The notes beneath the pieces are model-generated. The model saw nothing but the letters and a program-made list of their open reading frames with translations, searched no databases and was not told where the DNA came from. A program made the position numbers and the translations under genes. This document shows positions 61,388 through 64,000 of a stretch of 64,000 nucleotides of DNA, piece by piece (positions within the stretch are counted from its first letter, which is position 1; every line of letters starts with the position of its first letter). Origin of the DNA: a virus; the IMG/VR virus record IMGVR_UViG_3300045988_154953; one strand, given 5' to 3'.

Positions 61388-62596
61388 ATAAAGGTACAGA
61401 GAACGGAGCAACAGAATATAAGAAAAGGACATCCGATATTTGAAATTGTTGATAGATATTGCTTTTATTCTAAAAATGTATATAATGAAGCGAATTATCT
61501 CATGCGACAGGAATTTATAAACAATGGAAATAAGCTTAATGCTAATGACATTCAGAAACATATGCAGGATATGGATTGCTATAAAGAATGTGGATCACAG
61601 GCAGCACAGAAAACAATTCAAATGTTGGATAAAATGTGGAAGTCATTTCTTGTGTCAATAAAGGACTATTACAAAAATCCTGCTAAATATTTGGGCAAAC
61701 CAAAAATTCCAAAGTATTTGAAAAAAGATGGGAGACAAGTGTTTTCGTTGAAGAATATTCAATGTTCATTAAAAAATGGGTTGTTTAGAATCTCTTTTAA
61801 ACCGTTCAAAGGATATACAGTGAGAACACATGCGGATGGGAAACTAATACAATGTAGATTTATACCGAAAGGTTTATATTATGTAATGGAAATCGTCTAT
61901 GAAATTGAAGTACCAAATATTTCAGAAACTTCTAACAGAGTGGCTGCTATTGATATTGGAGTTGATAATTTCATAACTATGGTAAACAACATTGGTGAGA
62001 ATCCAATAGCTGTTAAAGGTGGAATTATTAAGTCGATCAATCGGTTTTTTAATAAACAGAAAGCAAATATTCAATCAGAGTTGAAAAAAGTTAATGGGAA
62101 AGATTGGTCAAAGAAGTTACAAAAACTTACAGACAAGCGATACGAAATGATTAAATACCAAATGCATTGTATAAGTAAGTATGCAGTTGATTGGTGCGTC
62201 TTGTATGGAATTGATACATTAATTGTAGGACATAACGATGAATGGAAACAAAAGAAACAAGGTATGCAGAACTTTACTTACATTCCTTATGAACTGTTTA
62301 TTCAGATGCTTGCATATAAATGTGAAAATAACGGAATCAGGTTCGTAGAGAATGAAGAGACATATACTTCTGGAACATCATTTTTTGACAATGAAGATCC
62401 TGTAAAAGAGAATTATAATAAGGAACGCAGAGTTTATAGAGGATTATTTATTGCAGATTGTGGAAAGAAGATAAATGCAGATGTAAATGGGGCATATCAG
62501 ATATTAAAGAAGGTAATTCCTGATGCGTTTAGCAATGGAATAGAGGGTGCAGGTTCACATCCAACAATTATTAACTTGGCTATGCTGATATCGTAA
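61388..62596 (+). CDS. tnpB: TnpB-like RNA-guided-nuclease family protein (IS200/IS605 accessory type), zinc-finger-less, no canonical start
   Basis: RuvC-like AIDIGVDNF, ENEETYTS and INADVNGAYQI. The frame is open from 61382 (after TGA 61379-61381) and reads (I)KVQRTEQQNIRKGHPIFEIVDRYCFYSKNVYNEANYLMRQ, a typical TnpB N-terminus. It has no ATG/GTG/TTG before M at 61502. ATA at 61388 lies 11 nt after AAGGAG. Confidence 0.65.
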   Translation: MKVQRTEQQNIRKGHPIFEIVDRYCFYSKNVYNEANYLMRQEFINNGNKLNANDIQKHMQDMDCYKECGSQAAQKTIQMLDKMWKSFLVSIKDYYKNPAKYLGKPKIPKYLKKDGRQVFSLKNIQCSLKNGLFRISFKPFKGYTVRTHADGKLIQCRFIPKGLYYVMEIVYEIEVPNISETSNRVAAIDIGVDNFITMVNNIGENPIAVKGGIIKSINRFFNKQKANIQSELKKVNGKDWSKKLQKLTDKRYEMIKYQMHCISKYAVDWCVLYGIDTLIVGHNDEWKQKKQGMQNFTYIPYELFIQMLAYKCENNGIRFVENEETYTSGTSFFDNEDPVKENYNKERRVYRGLFIADCGKKINADVNGAYQILKKVIPDAFSNGIEGAGSHPTIINLAMLIS

Positions 62597-62656
62597 TGTA
62601 AATGGGTTGATAAATCCCGATGAATCAGACATTTCAACAGACAATGAGGTGATGTT

Positions 62657-62881
62657 ATGACAGTACAGGATTTTATCTATAAAGGAAATGTGAGAATTAT
62701 TTCTATTCCAAAAAGAGAACTATTACCGGCGAGTATATATCCTGAGCTTATAGGTAGGATAGGGAGAGTGATTAGGATATCTGGTAATAATGTTGGTATT
62801 ATGATAGATAATAAACATAACAATTGGAGTCAATATGGCTGCTTCTGGTTTGATCCAGAATGTTTAGAATTTGTGAGGTAA
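62657..62881 (+). CDS. hypothetical protein
   Basis: ATGAGGTG upstream; ORF track. Confidence 0.55.
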   Translation: MTVQDFIYKGNVRIISIPKRELLPASIYPELIGRIGRVIRISGNNVGIMIDNKHNNWSQYGCFWFDPECLEFVR

Positions 62882-62886
62882 ATATA

Positions 62887-63045
62887 ATGGATAATTTCAT
62901 GAATGAACCGGAAGAAAAAGAATGGACAGCTACGGACATTGTAAGAGAATATGAACAGTACCAGGACAAGAAGGTTGTAGCTAAGATATTTTGTATTACG
63001 ATTGGAGAAGTGAATAAGATACTAAAAGATACACAAAGGGTATGA
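62887..63045 (+). CDS. hypothetical protein
   Basis: Trimmed to ATG at 62887 after TGAGGT. Antisense ORF 62799..63197 rejected. Confidence 0.5.
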   Translation: MDNFMNEPEEKEWTATDIVREYEQYQDKKVVAKIFCITIGEVNKILKDTQRV

Positions 63046-63100
63046 AAAGGTGTTAAAAGGTATATAAAGGTGTGCAAAGGTATCAAAAGTGATAAGGTGA
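63031..63100. repeat. seven tandem 10-bp phased repeats (nnnnAAAGGn)
   Basis: acacaaaggg/tatgaaaagg/tgttaaaagg/tatataaagg/tgtgcaaagg/tatcaaaagt/gataaggtga. The period is exactly 10 bp. Confidence 0.6.
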
Positions 63101-63105
63101 TAACA

Positions 63106-63285
63106 ATGAACAGAGTTGTGGAGATTTTGGTGCGTAGAGATGGAATTACAGAAGCCGAGGCAAAATCAATACTCAATGATGTAAGGCAAATGTTCAAAGA
63201 ATGTAATTATGATTCAGACGAATGTGAAGATATTATGGCTTGTGAACTTGGTTTAGAATTAGATTATCTTTTGGATGTTTTATAG
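63106..63285 (+). CDS. hypothetical protein
   Basis: ATG at 63106 after AAGGTGAT; the track start at 63070 is GTG inside the repeat array. Confidence 0.5.
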   Translation: MNRVVEILVRRDGITEAEAKSILNDVRQMFKECNYDSDECEDIMACELGLELDYLLDVL

Positions 63286-63304
63286 AATTAATATTCCACA
63301 AATT

Positions 63305-63322
63305 AAACTAATCAATTTAATT
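63305..63322 (+). promoter_or_regulatory. recurrent 18-nt motif AAACTAATCAATTTAATT (copy 8)
   Basis: Plus strand, 80 nt before the RepA_N ATG and 18 nt upstream of its -35. Confidence 0.5.
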
Positions 63323-63339
63323 ATAAATGATTAAATGTA

Positions 63340-63367
63340 TTGAAATTTCCATAATTTATTGTATAAT
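63340..63367 (+). promoter_or_regulatory. sigma-A-type promoter of the RepA_N gene with flanking inverted repeat
   Basis: TTGAAA (63340-63345), 16-nt spacer, TATAAT (63362-63367). Inverted repeat AATTTCCAT (63344-63352) / ATGGAAATT (63366-63374) brackets the -10. Confidence 0.6.
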
Positions 63368-63401
63368 GGAAATTACTAAAATAAGAACGGGGGAAGATTG
63401 A

Positions 63402-64000
63402 ATGAATGGGTTTGATTATTATTATGGAATGGAAGCCGAACAGTTCTCATTCTATCGTGTTCCACGCCTGCTGATAAAGGATGAAAGATTTAAGAAATTG
63501 TCCAGTGACGCAAAATTATTGTATGGACTTATGCTTGATCGTATGTCACTGTCTATAAAAAATGAATGGTTTGACGATGAAAATCGTGCATATATCATTT
63601 ACACCATAGATAGCATAATGGAGGATTTGGGATGCGCTAAAGAAAAGGCTATAAAGGTATTGGCAGAGCTTGATTCTGTAAAAGGAATTGGTCTGGTAGA
63701 AAAGGTTCGCAGAGGACTTGGAAAACCGGATATAATTTATGTGAAAAATTTTGCTTCTATTACTGAGCAGATGGACGAAAAAGAGCCAGCAAATGCTGAT
63801 AAAATCACAGAAGTCAGAAAATCGAACTTCAAGAAGTCAGAAAATCGAACTTCAAGAAGTCAGAAAATCGAACTTCTGGAAGTTCGGAAATCAAACCTCA
63901 AGAAGTCGGAGAATCGAACTTCTGGAAGTTCGGAAATCAAACCTCAAGAAGTCGGAGAATCGAACCCTAATTATACTAACTATAATCAGACTTATATGAA
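63402..64000 (+). CDS. RepA_N-family replication initiator (3' end beyond window)
   Basis: Own translation MNGFDYYYGMEAEQFSFYRVPRLLIKDERFKKLSSDAKLLYGLMLDRMSLSIKNEWFDDENRAYIIYTIDSIMEDLGC...GLVEKVRRGLGKPDIIYVKNF, then a repeat-encoded tail ending ...SNPNYTNYNQTYM. GGGGGAAG upstream. Track ORF 63751..63999 is the other open frame of the repeats. Confidence 0.7.
   Translation, partial: MNGFDYYYGMEAEQFSFYRVPRLLIKDERFKKLSSDAKLLYGLMLDRMSLSIKNEWFDDENRAYIIYTIDSIMEDLGCAKEKAIKVLAELDSVKGIGLVEKVRRGLGKPDIIYVKNFASITEQMDEKEPANADKITEVRKSNFKKSENRTSRSQKIELLEVRKSNLKKSENRTSGSSEIKPQEVGESNPNYTNYNQTYM
63809..63969 (+). repeat. seven tandem 23-bp repeats inside the RepA_N gene (candidate origin iterons)
   Basis: Units start at 63809, 63832, 63855, 63878, 63901, 63924 and 63947. 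Two alternating subtypes: AGAAGTC(A/G)GA(A/G)AATCGAAC(T/C)(T/C)(C/T)(A/T) and GGAAGTTCGGAAATCAAACCTCA. Confidence 0.8.

Noticed and set aside
27641-63197. Numerous 60-170 aa minus-strand ORFs across the rightward cluster. Examples: 27641..28054, 30354..30680, 35864..36193, 39873..40283, 41226..41567, 48157..48496, 54265..54774, 62799..63197.
   Set aside because: Each is antisense to a plus-strand ORF with an RBS and tight operon packing. None has its own RBS, and their compositions are Ser/Leu/Phe/Ile-biased.
63809-63969. Tandem 23-bp repeats as a CRISPR array.
   Set aside because: The units are contiguous with no spacers and lie inside the RepA_N coding region. No cas genes or leader are present. 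They fit rep-gene iterons instead.
1-64000. Stop-codon reassignment (TAG or TGA recoding), as seen in some gut phages.
   Set aside because: ORFs are dense and well delimited under the standard code. TAA, TGA and TAG each terminate RBS-preceded genes, and no suppressor tRNA (CUA/UCA anticodon) is among the five tRNAs. The single in-frame TGA at 53626 is treated as a local event.

Overview
The window looks like part of a large, AT-rich tailed-phage or prophage genome from a Firmicutes (Clostridia-like) host. No capsid, tail or terminase genes are recognisable. Three parts are visible. (1) Positions 1-18391 are transcribed leftward. This part encodes a BRO-N-like protein, a metallophosphoesterase, a ClpP-like protease, a PIN-PhoH protein, an endolysin, HU and a 926-aa YonO/RdRP-like single-subunit RNA polymerase. 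It also encodes an amidoligase-like protein, a run of small Cys-rich ORFs and a P-loop NTPase. It carries 5 tRNA genes, which bracket an ORF-free, GC-enriched segment of about 840 nt; this segment is my best candidate for a large structured RNA. (2) Positions 18392-19785 are a very AT-rich divergent control region. (3) Positions 19786-64000 are transcribed rightward. This part opens with tandem consensus promoters that carry a palindromic operator, followed by about 720 nt with no plus-strand ORF. A GC-richer accessory island follows, holding two anticodon-arm-less tRNA-like elements, an autoregulated HTH gene and a HigB/HigA-like pair. After the island come more than 110 mostly small ORFs, including ParB/Srx-fold proteins, a beta-clamp-like protein, a truncated DGQHR protein, an orphan HicA and zinc-ribbon proteins. 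The part ends with a TnpB remnant that keeps an omega-RNA-like scaffold, a near-complete TnpB-like gene, and a RepA_N initiator gene containing seven 23-bp iterons. An 18-nt motif, AAACTAATCAAT(A/T)TAATT, recurs in intergenic positions in the local direction of transcription. All family calls rest on motifs I read in the translations; no database search was possible.
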